Positions 37,239 through 51,500 of a stretch of 64,000 bases of DNA are shown here, piece after piece. A model generated the notes under the pieces. That model saw only the letters and a list, made by a program, of their open reading frames with translations, was not told the origin of the DNA and ran no database searches. Position numbers and translations under genes: made by a program. Source of the stretch: Euprymna scolopes (Eukaryota); assembly GCA_053919585.1 (NCBI GenBank), contig CM132822.1. One strand, given 5' to 3'. Positions within the stretch are counted from its first letter, which is position 1; each line of letters begins with the position of its first letter.

Positions 37239-38989
37239 TATATAATATAATATATAATATAATATATATAATATATATAATATAATATAATATTGTCTTT
37301 GATTCTCAATTTTCATATCATTAAGCCTTAAAATTAACTAAAATATAAAAGTTATCCTGTAGAAGTCCTCAAACTTCCAAGCTAGAGAAAATAAGGTGTT
37401 ACCCATTTGAGTTACATATAAATAACTCAATATAGAGAGATAAATATGCAACTTAATTCTTAGTTATAGGATTGAAATTTTAAAATTCCATAAAAATTGG
37501 GCTTAGTCATATATGTGTAGAGTCTCCGAAGGAAACATATCCGACTGCTTTTCTGTTTTAGCAAAAGGCATTTATTATCATTACTTTCCAAACAATGCAT
37601 ACTTGTTTTTTCTAACTATTCATTTTGTCTGCCATGAGATGAACATCACCTCGCCGTCTCGACAATATTGAAAGGCTCTTGCCACCACTACAGGGCCTAC
37701 ACGTCCATCTCATCCGGTATATGTTTTTTTTGGCGCGAACATATGCCAGCCATAGCTAGTCATCTCATCTTTGAATATACGCGTCAGTCTTTTCAATGCA
37801 TACTAGGATTCTCTCGACCACATACTGTCCTTTTTTCACCACGCAAACCCACACTTGCTAATTTGAACAGTGCTGAAACTGCTGCTGTTTACATGTCGCA
37901 TCCTTTCACTGCTGCTATGTTCAGACGTGCTCGTGTTACATTAGAACAGATAGTCCATGAAAGCATTTAACCTTTACACGAGTCCATATGAGCAATATTA
38001 ATCCGATTTTAAAATTCACGGAAGGATCCTTTCAGCCTATAAAAATAAGCACTAACGTTAACTAAATGGGAGAAATTCATAATTCCAAGTGGATTGGCCA
38101 ACTGAATCTTATATCAACCTGCAATTGAAAACGTTTATTACCGTTTTATATTCCGGCTCTGCCTTTTTGGAATCTGGTTTTTATAACGTCTTCGGGGGTA
38201 GGGGACCTCATTGATATGCAAAATCAAACACAACCCTCCATTAAAATAGAATTAAAATTTTAAAATAATGTCACGCTACAGGAAAAAAAATTACAGCCAT
38301 ACTAGCAAACAACTCATCCAAAGATATGAATATGCAGAGATGCAAGAGTTTATGAATACATACTAGCTTTCCCAACCCAGTGTTGCCTAGCTGTAGATTC
38401 ACTAATTGTTTTAACAAAGTATTTTTTAAAGTCATTTGGACGTACTCACAAGGATTTATTCTAAATTTATAATTTAAAATGAGAATTTGAAATTCTGTTT
38501 TACACCCATGTTGCAAGCACTATTTCCCGCCCAAAATAATTCGAATTTCACTGCGCATATTTTGTTTAAACTAGATGGAAATTGCGTCAATTATGTTGAT
38601 TTTATAAGAATTCGGCTTCAGCTCCGCTAAAATTCTTGAAGCCGAAACCTTTTACACAAAAAAAAAAAAAAAAAAAAATACATTTCAAACATTTGAAATT
38701 CTGTTTTTAACAAAACTCTTCATCATCACGACATACTTATCCAAAAGAAAACATTCCCAATTGATCAAAAACTAAAAACACAACTGATAATCTTCAAAAT
38801 TTGAAATTTCGGAGGGAGGATAAGATTTAGTCAATCCTGCAAAATACTCCATTTAAATATCCGAAGTTATTTAAATCCCTCCATTAGGAGAGGAAACAAA
38901 TGGGGTGTAGAAAGTTGGATTTGAAAATACAGAGTCCTTGATCAGGTGTCTCCAAAGTTTCTGAATGGAGGGTCATATTGCTGACTTGA

Positions 38990-39480
38990 GCTATGAAGAC
39001 CAAAATATAAAGTGTGTTTTGAGAACTATCAAGTTTGGAGGCGGGGAAGCATTATATTTGGAGTGTGCTTTCTAGCCAAGGTAAAACGCCTCTTGTCCGG
39101 TTGAAAACTCGTGTAAAGACGCAGATCCATAAAATCATTGGGACATGATCTTGATCATACAGAATTCAGGTTTCGATAGGGCTGCCTTTATGCAAGATAA
39201 TGCCTCATGTTACAAAGCAAAGGTGGCAACGAGTTACCTTATCGAGCAAGATTTCGAAGTTATGGATTGGCCACCGCAAAGTCCTGACTTAAAACCAATA
39301 GAAAATCTTTGGAAGACCTTAGTGAAAGTTATGGAAAGAAATCCCACTAACACGGAGGATTTGTGGGTGAAGCTTCAAGAAGAAGCGTATAAAATTAGTA
39401 TTATGAGTAGGATTGTCAAGAACTGATTCATTTTTGTAGTCGAAGATGACTGAATATTGATTGTACATGTTTTTTTGGGG
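38990..39480 (+). mobile_element. Tc1 DD34E transposase 3' fragment
   Basis: TIKFGGG; FMQDNA then 34 residues to the E of SPDLKPIENLW. Confidence 0.9.
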
Positions 39481-39799
39481 CTGTTTACATGGTTTCTCAA
39501 TTTTATCCCTTTTGGACGTTCCTATTTTGAAAATTTATTTTTCTATCCTTTGCAAAGGATTCAAATTTTAGTATGTTACGGGAGATGACCACAACCAGTT
39601 AAAATTTCAGTTTTTCAGTTATTTCTTTCAAATATTAGGTTTTAAAGTTTTGTCCCTTAGTTTTGGATGATACGGTTTTGCCCGTTAGCGTTGCTTTTTA
39701 CTAAAACTTTCTTAACCGGGTTAAAAAAAAAACGTTCTTATTTCACCATGTTTTTTCCGTTTCCATTAAGATTTCCTGACTATTTTCAGGCCTTTCTAA

Positions 39800-39866
39800 G
39801 ATCTGTGGCTCGGATTGAAGACAGGTTCGCTGGATCTGGCCTGCAGGCCATAGTTTGGAGACCCTG
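39800..39866. mobile_element. hAT (Charlie-like) terminal remnant
   Basis: Reverse complement CAGGGTCTCCAAACTATGGCCTGCAGGCCAGATCC resembles Charlie-type hAT ends. Confidence 0.5.
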
Positions 39867-41357
39867 CCTTGGATAAAGAGCACTTTTTCCTGCAGAAATA
39901 CATTGCAAGTCCCACCCACATTCCCCAGTAGGGAAGAGTCAGACGATGACTTTCAGAAAAGCAGAAACATTCTTCAGACAACAGTAAACATGACATCAAC
40001 ACTGGCAGACTAATTTAATACAAGTGGGGGGGAGGGACAAAAAATGGTCGATCTATGTGCATAGACATAGGACTAGCACTCTTGGATGGAAATACAATTT
40101 ACATTTTATTTTACTTGGAAAAGTATTTGCATATTGGTGCATCTTGAAATAGTAAAACTAAAAACCTTAAGGCTTTCTCTGCTACCAGTACAGGAATACT
40201 AGTAGAAGGCGCAAGAGGTGTGGCATAGTTTATGACGAAAGTTAAGCCACATAAATGGCCAAACACTAAGGGAAAGGAGTCAGTCTTTCGCTCATGATTA
40301 ATGAGTAAGCCTCCATCAGCAAAACACCCGCATGCATATGTAACAAAACTTGAGTGAAGACAAAGAATTAGGATTAGTTTTCCTCGCTCGTCTTTCGTCG
40401 CCAACAGTCACTCGTATTCTCTTCAGAAAAAACAATTACGTTCGATCGCACCAACGAGGAAAAGTCCTTATATGTAGTCAATCCTTTGCACAGTTTTCAG
40501 GCCGGATTACGGATTTGAATGAGAGCAGTTCTTTTGTGAATCCTATTTTTGTCAACTCGGCAGAACCAGACTTGTTCAGTTCCGCTACCACAAGGAAAAA
40601 TAGTCCTTGTAAAGAGTTCCAGTGCTGTTCACCATGATTCTTCAAACTACTTAGTTTGACACTAGATGTCATTCTGATTTTGTCGAAGCTTACACATTCA
40701 ATTGTGTAGTAGTTGCTCTCTAGCAGAACCTTAAAAATCGATGTCAGGCGGCTCACTACTTTGTAGCAGAACTCTTCAATTTTAACGAAACCATTGATCT
40801 TATTAAAAAGATCAGTCATCATGCCTTGATCTCAACTAACCATTACAATCCTTCTCCGATCATAATTGAACGATCCTGTTTTGAGCCAGTCTACAGAAGC
40901 TTTGTATATAAATTCACCCCCAAATTCAAATCATACCTCTGCATAGTGTGCCATTAAGCATTGTGTTGATAACAGCTAATTCTTTCCTGACCATAGCCCA
41001 GACTTGAGCTAGTCTATAGAGACTAATTCAAATTCCAGTATAAAGTTTGAAGGATGAACTTTAGTCATTTTATGACAACCGTTAATTCTTGTGAGCGAAA
41101 ATTCTTTCTTGTATTAGTTAAATCCCAATTAAGGAATGAAAAGTGTTTCATCCTTAAAATTCTGTGCATTTTAAATTATACACTGAACGAAATTCAAGTT
41201 TTTTTTTTTAACTTCGCTGGAATATGCTTTCCTTATTTCCGCAAGGCTAGTAATTTAACAGAAACATGCTTACTAAATTATTTTCAGTGAATAGAAATTG
41301 GCCCAACCTTCTGTCCAAAAAATAACTTATTGGCTACGGCAATATTTATTGTATATT

Positions 41358-41610
41358 TGGTTGTTTTTGTTTTACAGCATATCAACCCTTTTCAGGATAA
41401 TTGCCGAATCCAAAGATTTAAGAGTTTTTAATAGAATATATTGGTTGATTTCAAATCGGTTTCTATTTAACCCATAATTGGGACCCTAACAGGTACTACC
41501 ACTCCGGGTCAGTGGACCTGGGAGCAATGGCAATTAAAGAGTGGCTCCACACTCAAAGCATGAAAGCTGGGGCCTCACCATTGTATATAATTTAAGGTCA
41601 TATCCAGGAC
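41358..41610 (-). mobile_element. Family S retroposon, 5'-truncated
   Basis: Matches 52315-52650; no clear TSD. Confidence 0.75.
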
Positions 41611-41864
41611 CGCATATCAAGTGGAAGATACAACTCCCGATTCAAAAAGTAACACGAAAGGTGGAAACTTTGCAAAATATTCAAAGGTTGTCAGCTGACC
41701 AAAGGAAACGAATTAAACACATTATTTAAGACTCCCATGCTCGATAGTCCGGGAGTGGTGAAAAGAGAAGTACCCTACGCTTACAATCTAGCTTCATCCA
41801 CATACGTATTACAAGAACAAAGGCAATACAAATACACAATGTCATGCTGCCAAATAAATATGTA

Positions 41865-43101
41865 CGAGGGCGTGCAATACGTAATGCCCCTGACCCATTT
41901 CCAGTTGTCTGATTTAGTTGAAATTTAGCATGTGCAATGATTTATACCTCTACGGGTTATGTGGCAAATTACAGCTCTGAACTAATTGTGGTTTCTGTTT
42001 TACGTCTGTTTGAACCGAGTCAAGTGTGAAGTGGAGCCTGTTGAATGTCGAGCAGTGATCCGGGTTTTTGTATTTTAAAGGACGCGCACCATAGGAGACT
42101 AGAAATAAAAAAGTATGGTGATAATGTCCCATCATGACCTTGTAAAACACAGGCATCGTGAATTCAAACATGGTTGGAAGCCTATGGAAACAGCTCCCAG
42201 ACCTGGTCTCCCCCCTTCTGCGATTGATGAGGCATCTGTCCGTCAAGTTGAGGCTGCCATTTTGGAAGATCAACGCATTACTATTCGCCAAATAGCCCAA
42301 GATTTGGAGATTAGTACAGGGTCTGTGGAAACTCATGACTATTTGCACGAGGTGTCTGTTAGATGGATTTCCAGGTTGCTCACACCATTCCAGAAGCTAG
42401 AATGCGTCGAGTGCTCGAGGATGAATTTGGAGATGTGCCAAGAAGATTAGTCAAAGTTTTTCAAAAGACTGATTACACAGGATGAAACCTGGGTCCATCA
42501 CTATGATCCAGAGACCAAAGCCCAGTCAATGAAGTGGAAGCACTTGGACTCACCACCCCAAAAGGCAAGGGTGCAGCCCTCCATTGGCAAGGTCATGCTC
42601 AGGGATGGGATGGAGTAGTGATGACAGATTTCTTGGCAAAGGGTACCACAATTAAAGGAGCCCATTATTCTTCACTTTTGAGGAAATTAAGGGAAGCTAT
42701 CAAAGTCAAGAGGCGGGGCAAGATCAGCAAAGGTATCCTCTTCCTGCAGGACAATGCTCCGGTCCACAACTCGCATGTCGCCAGATCAGAAGTACGGGCA
42801 TGTGGTTATGAAATCCTCCCCACTGTCCTGACTTTGAACCCTCTGACTTTCACCTCTTCCCAGCCATGAAGTTTTTTTTTTTTAAAGGAAAGTTTCCCAG
42901 ATGATGCAGCCTTGATTTCTGAAGTCACGTCGTGGTTGGAGGACCAACCTGGAGTGTTCTACAAAAACAGTCTCCAGAGCGGCATCAAACGATTGGAGAA
43001 ATGCATAACTGGTTCTATGAAATACTAATAACTGTGCCAAGTTACGTTGCTCTACTGCTATGGGAAGTGGATCAGGGGCATTACTTATTGCACGACCCTC
43101 G
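41865..43101 (+). mobile_element. Full-length, defective mariner transposon
   Basis: TIRs CGAGGGCGTGCAATACGTAATGCCCCTGACCCA / TGGATCAGGGGCATTACTTATTGCACGACCCTCG; TA TSD; WISRLL, ITQDETWVHHYDPETK, LQDNAPVH, PSDFHLF; frameshifted. Confidence 0.95.
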
Positions 43102-43199
43102 TACATATTCAAACAATGTACATTTTGAACCGTGAATATTTTTATTATTGAAAAAATAAAAAATGTCTAGAAAATATTTCTGCACAGGTTTTAGATAGC

Positions 43200-43480
43200 T
43201 ATTGACAAATAAGGTCATCACTGCAAACATCAAAGTGAACAGTCAGAAACTGGTAGCTGTAAACAGCTTTAAATATCTTTGTAATTGTCTCAAATGAGGG
43301 GTCCAAACATTAGGTATTCAGAATTCTGAAACTACAGTAGCATTCAACCCAATATAGGAAGACACTAGTAAAAGAGCAAATTATGCGCTCAATAGTAACA
43401 TCAAGAGAATGGAGGACAACATCAGGGAATGGACATGCCTGAGGCTCAGTAGCACCATCAAAAAATATAGGACAGGCTGG
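43200..43480 (+). mobile_element. RTE-clade LINE RT fragment
   Basis: IKVNSQKLVAVNSFKYL..IVSNEGSK...MRSIVTS..EDNIREWT. Confidence 0.6.
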
Positions 43481-44049
43481 AATAGAGATTATGAGAGCTT
43501 CTACAGAGGCAGGCCCCTCCTGCGATCAACCACATTGCAGTGATAGAAAGACATCTTGCTTTCCTTAGTTTCTGAAATTACAACTAAAGAAAAAAAGGTA
43601 ATGAAGACATGCGGTGCATGAAAATGCAAAATTTAATAGAAAATTAGAAGTGTACAAAGCAGCGTTCGTGTGTGCATGTACAACTCCTACGGCCGACACC
43701 ACTGAACCGGTCATGACCAAACCTGACATGGTCTCTGAAGGGATGGTGCACACCATTTTTCAAGGTCATATTTGGTGTGGCTTTTAAAACACTCCCCCAC
43801 CTAGGGACACCAAGTTGGGGTTTGCTACGATCCCACGGCTACCACCATTGCACCGGCCAACTTTTGTGAATTTGAATCGGATCACCCTCTACTCTTACGC
43901 AATCATAAAAATTTGCATGATAGTGATCCTAACATGGGACAATTTATTGCACTGTAAATTGACCTTCCAAAGTAACGCTGCCAAAAAAATAATGTAACGG
44001 ATCGTTAAGGATCCTTTTGAGAGAATTCTGAAAAAGTTTAAATACTTCC

Positions 44050-44350
44050 CTTTGTGACAAGGTCAGTACAAGGTACTGAGATTTGGGAAAATCTTTAATC
44101 CGTTTTCGGCCAGAAATTTGGCTGTTAAGGGGTCAAAGTTCAACGATTTAACCTTTGCGAACTCGACTAAACTCCTCCACGAATTGTTGGCCTAAACACT
44201 TGAAATTTTAGATATAGGTTCCTTAGACATATCTAGCTTGATTTGAGCCCCAAGCAATAAATGTTAAGGGGTCAAAGTTACAAATTAACCGCCCTTTTTT
44301 GCTCAACATACACCTCCAAACACCCGGGCAACGCCGGGCTGAAATGCTAG
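44050..44350 (+). mobile_element. Non-autonomous Helitron-like 3' portion
   Basis: CCCGGGCAACGCCGGG hairpin then CTAG at 44347-44350; internal repeat GTTAAGGGGTCAAAGTT twice. Confidence 0.55.
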
Positions 44351-44369
44351 ACTGTATATAACGACGTCT

Positions 44370-45320
44370 TTTGCGAGAGGGTCGGATTGGAATCATGATT
44401 TTGTGACGAAGGAAAAGTTGAGAAATCAAAAGACTGCTTTACGAAATCCGAGTTATTTTGTGATTTATACTTCCAAATCTTACTGCACTTAAATACAGTA
44501 TCCGTGTCCGAAGAAAGATCTGATTTATCAATTTTTGGTCTACAGACATTAAACTAAATATCATTCGGGCCTGTTCTGTAACAAATATTTGGTTTTTATC
44601 CAGTAAAAGTACTTTCGAAACGACAAAATTGGAACTAGACAAGTCAACGTTATCTTTAGGCATGCGCAAATATACATTTATATCTTTAACATTTTTTTCA
44701 AATTTTTATGTATAAACAGACCAAATGCAAAAGGGATAAGCCTTTAGAGCGAAATGTTTTGGTTTCAATTCTAGCTGATGGCACTAAAGCCATTTTCTTC
44801 TTAGGAAATGGCTACCACAAAATATATAAATGGTTCTATAAAGACAGAATCTGCATTAAAGTAGATGCAAGCTTATTTCACGATCGAGTAGCGCCGGGCT
44901 GCCGGATAATGTTCATAAAAAACTAAATGATGCTGGCAATGAATAATTCTTACAATTTGGAAATTAGCCTGGAATTAAAAAGGTATTCTAATTATATCGA
45001 AGCGATTGCTGCCAGAGTTAAAGATGAGCAATATTCAAAGAGGTTTGGTATCAGTAACGATTGATTCAACATTTAATTTCATCGCCAATTTGATTCAAAC
45101 ACCAGGAAACAACGATGTTAATAGAAATCATAGAAAACCTCCGAGAAATCTAGATCTGATAAAACTATCTTTTGCATTTAGACATTTTGTTTGATCGATA
45201 TCCGGAAGGTATTGGCGTTATTTCAAATTGAATTCAGCTACAGAAAGTGACGAAATTTCACTGTACAGAACATAATGCAGTTCTACACAAGCTGTCACAA
45301 GTAGATTTTATATCCTGATA
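44370..45320 (+). pseudogene. Decayed LRR-like gene copy (family 2), paralog of 57617-58585
   Basis: Colinear with 57617-58585; ATG at 44662 (MRKYTFISLTFF) follows tttag. Confidence 0.4.
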
Positions 45321-45339
45321 AAAATGTTACATCCTCCAT

Positions 45340-45447
45340 ATAACGTCTGGTATTCCCAATTAGTCACCATATGGTACTGATCAGGCTCAACGTTGCTTAA
45401 CTTCGGCGATTAAACAAGAACCGCTGCGTCATTAATTAGTTTATGGG
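45340..45447 (-). pseudogene. 5S rRNA-derived fragment (pseudogene or SINE3 head)
   Basis: Reverse complement CGGTTCTTGTTTAATCGCCGAAGTTAAGCAACGTTGAGCCTGATCAGTACC..GGTGAC..TGGGAATACC matches the animal 5S internal control region. Confidence 0.8.
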
Positions 45448-46039
45448 GTTTAAAAAAAAAAAAAAAAAGAAAATTTTTGACCAGACTGATGCATTTCATG
45501 CAGAATCTGCGCATATTTTGTTTTCAAAATAGGAGGCTGTTTTATTACCTTGACAACCTTCATGTTCGTGGAAGGTCACATACGATAAAGAATGGTCTCC
45601 TCTCAGATAGGGACTAAAAAAAAAAAAAAAAAAAAATGGCGTTTTCAAGCTTGCCTGCGTCAAGTAAAAACTTAATTGTTCGTATTTTCCTATCACGTTA
45701 TTTGATGGATATCGTGCAAAACTGAATCAACTACAATACGAGTCTACAACCTGAAAGATGCTCGCCATCCTTTTTGTCTATCCGATCGGCAGAATACCCG
45801 ACAATCAACGAAACAACGATCCTTTAAGATAATCATGGTGATTCAAAAGGAGTACAGAAAATTCCGATATAAATTCCTTTTTACTGTCGCAATCATCCTA
45901 CGAATCTAAAGATTCTATTGGCATTACCCCCCCCCCCCCACACTCAGATATTTTCTAGGGAATTCTTTCTGGAAAGACATCTGGTTTACAGTAGGGATCA
46001 CATGCAGGTTGCCAACATTCTAAGGCAACGTGATTTTTT

Positions 46040-46113
46040 GTAGAACGAACTGGATTTGAACTTGAGGCCCAGTCTCAAAGAACTAATGTTAACGCACACA
46101 ATGCCACGCAGCC
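46040..46113 (-). pseudogene. Degenerate tRNA-derived (SINE-head-like) fragment
   Basis: Reverse complement GGCTGCGTGGCATTGTG...GTTCAAATCC (B box). Confidence 0.35.
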
Positions 46114-46319
46114 AAATATTCAAACAATGAACATAAAAATGTTCATTGTATAAAGTGTTTTACCAAATTTCGTTTTCCCAATTTTTCTTTCAAAACCGTT
46201 TTCGATAGCACTTGTTAAGTGGTGACTTGTTTCAAGGTTTCATTTTAACTTTATGCATGCTTAGTGGTATTTGTGCCTACTGGATTTATAAAATAGTGAT
46301 ATATATTACTATGCGGATA

Positions 46320-47060
46320 ACAGTAAAATTTTCAAGATAATAGGGGGAAGATGACTTTACGACTACAGAGAAACCTGAACAACGTAAGATGGACAGAAAA
46401 ATGTCTAAGCTTTCATCCGGATAAGACAAGATACAGAGGATTGGCATGCCAGTAATGAATGAAGGAGAATATCTTTATGGAGGAACAGACCGTCCATCCC
46501 AGAAAAAGATAGTGTTAAGAGTTAAATTTTCTAATTATATAGTGAGAAAGGGGAATAAGGAAACAGTGGGAAGAGTTAGAAAAAACCCTTGTGGCTCTTT
46601 ATGCCGACATATTCAAACAACTGTATGTAGCTCCGGTTCGCCCTCGCTTAGAATATGTTAAGTATGGAATCCATTATGAATGGAAAAGATAATAGAAAGG
46701 GTGCAACGCAAAGACAACTTGTACAAAATATGAAAAACAAACAATATGATCGATTAAAAACATTAAATCGATCTACGATATCTTATGAGATCATGAGCAG
46801 ACCTGATAGAAACGTACAAGATAGTGAGTGGGAAAGGTGATGCAAAATCACTTGAAAACATGTTTGTGCAGAGAGAACAGAGTAATAAGGATATTCCAAG
46901 AAGTTATTTAAGCATCAGGAGGAAGTACTTTCCGTGCCGAGTGATCGCCATGCGGAATGTGCTACCTGAATCAGTTATAAAAAGTGAAACTACTTCAGTT
47001 TGGAAAAAAAAAGGGGGCTGGATAAATTCTGGAAAAAATAAGATCAGAAATATAAGGCAC
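46320..47060 (+). mobile_element. Degenerate CR1 RT C-terminal fragment
   Basis: LQRNLNN..FHPDK...VRPRLEY..VWNP...ADLIETYKI...RRKYFPCRVIAMRNVLPESVI. Confidence 0.75.
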
Positions 47061-47229
47061 GCATCCATCCACGCATCGTCAAAGTAGAGATGACTGACGG
47101 GGTCACAAGCTGAGCCTCTTCTGGGGGGGGGGAGTCATCTGCAATTATCTTTATAATGGTTATTCAACTCTACCCCTTCTCCTCATGGCCCTTTGTTGAA
47201 TTTATGTTTATCAACACTAAAGAATTGCC

Positions 47230-47515
47230 AAATCGGTGCTCAGATTCGACGTCCCCTGGGCCCTGCATTAGCTGAATGTTTTTTTACAAGTCTATTTAAT
47301 TATGTATGGAAGCTCTCCATTTATTGGAGAGCTATCGCCTACACCCATGCAGCTTTTGTCTCTGAAAATGAAGCAAAAATATTTTAAACTTCATTCTCTC
47401 CACAAAGCGTTACTATAGAGAGATTGATAGTTGACCTACCTGGATGTTATAATTGAACGCATAAAGTTCCTTTTTACGCCAGTTCATCGTAAACCGACCT
47501 TTACTGATTTATACA
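47230..47515 (+). mobile_element. Penelope-like RT fragment
   Basis: PLGPALAECF...YLDVII...VHRKPTFTDLY. Confidence 0.7.
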
Positions 47516-48159
47516 GAGCAAGTGACGCGATAAGGAAATTTAGTTTATGAAAAGCTAACGTGAATTTGCGCCTTTTCACCGTTACCTCCTTCCCTCAGAT
47601 TAGTCCTTATGTCGGCTAAACGACTAAGGAGAACGACAGACGGCTAAATCCCGTTCGAACACTTACATGTGATATTTTCGGGGGCTGCTGTCCATCTGCA
47701 TGAGATTCTAGTTTGCAAATTCATTGCTACTACAGAGATGACTATAAGGCAAAAGATATTACAATCCAAATTAAAAAAATCTTATAAAAAGCTTTGTTTT
47801 CATATTTTCAAACAATTTCTTCCGAAACTAAAAGTCACGAAGCGGCGCTAGGGGCCTCAAATCATAGATTTTATGGACCATTCTTTTATGGGTCTTTAGC
47901 TGGTTTAAAGAGGTAAGTGGTTAAAAAAAAAAAATTAATAATTATGGATTTTGTATATTCAGCTTAGCTTTTTTTATAATTTTATAAAAGTGTCACGTTA
48001 GTTGTGGTCACGTCACCAGCTTTGAATGCTAATTTTGCTTTCGATTCTAGCTGGTGGAACCCAAATATTTACTTTTAAAATCACGACACGACGAAATCTG
48101 GACGAATTAAAATAGTCGTGAACGTATTTTACGCCCGAGCACCCCCCCCATAGTCTTAC

Positions 48160-48570
48160 ATTTTTTTTACATTGTAGTCACAACTTATCAAGGCCCGGAA
48201 GCCACTCGGGATAAGGGGTATTGCGTGTACAGTACGTTAGTATTGGAGATTTGATGGTGCCTTAAGGGGCGGTTCATCAGGAATTTGCCCACGCTGGACT
48301 TGAAGACACCCAGGTTGTAGTCAGGTGGGAAACAGGCAAACGGAACAGTTCCACAGGCGTGCACCTCAAAGAAAGAAGCTGTTCATGGAATCTACGTTTT
48401 TGTTTTGGCACAGATAAAGAGGGGAACATTTTTGACAGTGGTTTCAGCTAGACGGGTGTTTATCGTGAAAGATTGGCGAGAGGGGACCAGAGATTGGAGC
48501 TCAGACGAGCACCTGCCATGAAAGTAATAAAACAAAAACAGGCTCGCAACGTCTCTTGTGGGAGAGATTA
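48160..48570 (-). mobile_element. CR1 3' fragment (family of 30635-31060)
   Basis: Shares 'gttccacaggcgt..aagaaagaagct.gttcatggaatctacgttt'. Confidence 0.8.
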
Positions 48571-51500
48571 CAGGGAAGAGAAAAGGGCATCCCCACTAAG
48601 CCACGAAGCCTATTTTATTTTGCACTGTCAAGGCAGGATAGGCTATTTTTATGGAAGCAGTACTCCATCCTTGGACGTAATTGGCTTATATATATATATA
48701 TATATATTAGAGCGGTAGAAGGAGCCTACCATTTTTCCAGTGAACTTGGCAACTGACATATCCAGACATGAGATTAGTTCAATTCTGCTCGTTTTAAGAA
48801 TATTAAATATCTATTTGTTATTTAATGACCAATAGATTTGCATAAGATAATATTGTGTATTACTAAGTGGAACATGATTTTTCGTTTTAGTATTTACATT
48901 TCACAATTGATTTCAAGTTTTTCGGAAACGTCTTTCAAAATTTTAATATTCAAATGTATTCTAATAAAATAAAATCATTCGATTGTTTAAAAACAAATCA
49001 CTTCCTTGACTGTTCAAAATAAACTCGACTAAATATCTCAGAGTCCGGTGTAAGGAGGACAGTACTTGCCTCTGCACTAGCATAGATTAAATCTTTAGAA
49101 ATTTATGTACAGAATCGGTCAGACTGAAACTAACTCCACTACAGAGGATTCTTATCGTTATCTTTCACCTGTAGCGAGGTACGGTCGCGTATCGTTTGGA
49201 AAATAGCAGGTGTATCAACTTCGTCGCCAATGTGGAATGAATTACAGCTTTGATGATAAACCTCCAAGCGGAAATTCTCGAATGTAGGTTTTACTATATT
49301 GTGCAGAGAATATCTCATTAAGATTTACATGCATGGTCGAATTTTAAGAATCGCTTGTAACCAGCAGCTTTTAACGAAATTTCAGACACGTTACTCTATA
49401 GAGTTTAAAAAATACTATAGGAGAATTTAAATTATAGGGTCGCTATTCCAAACTAACTAAATGAGGCTGACAAATGCTTACGGTTCGGAAAGATGCGGCC
49501 TTGAATTATTAAAAATGTATTCCAATCATGTCGAAGCGATTGCTGCTAGAGTTGAAAGGATGGATATTTAAAGGTTTTTTTTTCAGTGACGATTGATTAT
49601 GTATTTAATATAATCGCCAATTTAATTCAAATACCAGGAAGCAAAGATGTTCCTATTTACAATGCCTCCCCACGGGACAGAGTTAGACACCAGAGTCGTT
49701 ATTTAACGGGGAAAAAAAGGAACAAAAATAAAAATTGTCTCAGTCGTGAAGGATTTCTCCTCCACTGACAAAGAACAAGAAATTGAAGTGTAGCATCTGA
49801 AGAACAGACACTACACTTTGATCTTGTCCCGAAGGCCAAGAATGTTACTAGAAAGCATAGAAAACTTACGCGAAACCAAGATCTGATAAAACTTGGTCTT
49901 TTACATTTAGTCATTTCATTCGATGGATATTTCCAAGGTATTGCCGTTATCTCAAGTTGAATTCAACTACAGAAATTGACAGTTTCATGTTTGTTTTGTG
50001 CAGACCATAATGCAGTTCTACACAAATGGTGTAGAGTAGCTTTTATAAGCTGGTCGAAGGAAAAATAATCATACGAGAATGTTTAAATTACAGGGTTGCC
50101 ATTCCCAATGAATCAGACAATTTCAGGTATTTTAGATTTAGTCATCAAAATGTTTTTATTACCTATAGGAAAATAAACAGCTTTCAGTCATGTGATCAGC
50201 TTTGTCATGTGATCAGCTTTCAGTCATGTAGCGATTATTCATGACTCACAAGCTAAATATCGTACAGACTGTTTGGAAGCCATCAATGTTACAGAGGAAC
50301 CTAATTCGAGAAAACAATTTAAATCTGAACTTCAATACGTCGAAACTAGTAAAAATCTCCCAAATGTTATTCCTATGAAAGAATATCATCGATAGATGAA
50401 AATATTGCCACGTATGTCTGTTCTAAAAGAAATTCAGAAATAAACATTAACGTGAGAAAACGATATTGTAGGAGCACTAGGAACGATAGTGAAACTTTGG
50501 AAATAGAATAGGACAGATTGTAATCAGACGGATGGCAATGAAGATACAACGAATTTCAATAATGAAAACTGCATAAATATTAAGGAAAAAACTTCAATGT
50601 GGAGATTAACTACACGAACCGGACACAGATACAAAAAGTAGCATCACTTGGAATCATGAAAACTGAAATTGTAAGATAGTCCCCTTTTTTGAGGGGCACC
50701 ATAAACGGGCACCAGACCAAATAGTGTGGTTAAGTAGGATGGAAAGAGCGGGGAAAGAAAGCACTAGTCAGACCTCCACTGCAGTAGTGCGAAGAGGACC
50801 GACACCTTGGGGAGGGTTATTGCCACCAATAGTCCAGTGAAGATCAATGGTCGCCGCCAACGAGAAATCAACGGTAGTGGCTGTTGCGATAACGCAAATT
50901 CTTTTGCAAAGAATTTCGAAAGGAGGTGGAGAGTACTTGAAATCTGGGAAGACTTGTCACTCAGACTCCGGGAAACAAGTTCTGAAAGAGCAATCTTTGA
51001 TATTTTCGGAAGGTGGTGTCTATTTGCATGGGACTAGTTGGCAAATTCATCGCTACCACGACAGTGATAAATGTAATACAAAAGATATAATACAAAAAAA
51101 AAAAAAAAAAATCTCCAAAGTTTTATTTGTGTCTCCATATTTTCAAATAATCTCAGAAACTAAAAGTCGCAGAACGGCGCCTGGGGTCTCAAATGACTAG
51201 AAATTTTATGGACCATTTCGTCATGGGTCTTTAGCCGGGCAAAATAGGTTGTAAGTGGTCATTAAATTTATCAAAATTGAAAAATCGTTACATTTTGTGC
51301 ATTCATCTTAGTTTTTTTTTATAAAAAAAACTGCGTGTCACGTTAGCTGTGGTAACGTCACCAGCTTCGAATGTTAGTTTTGCTGATGGCACCCAAATAC
51401 TTTTCTTTTGAGATCAACTAATATGTACGAATATAAGTGAATTATTTAATGACCAATAGATTTGCAAAATATAGTAGTGTATATTACTAAGTGGGACATG

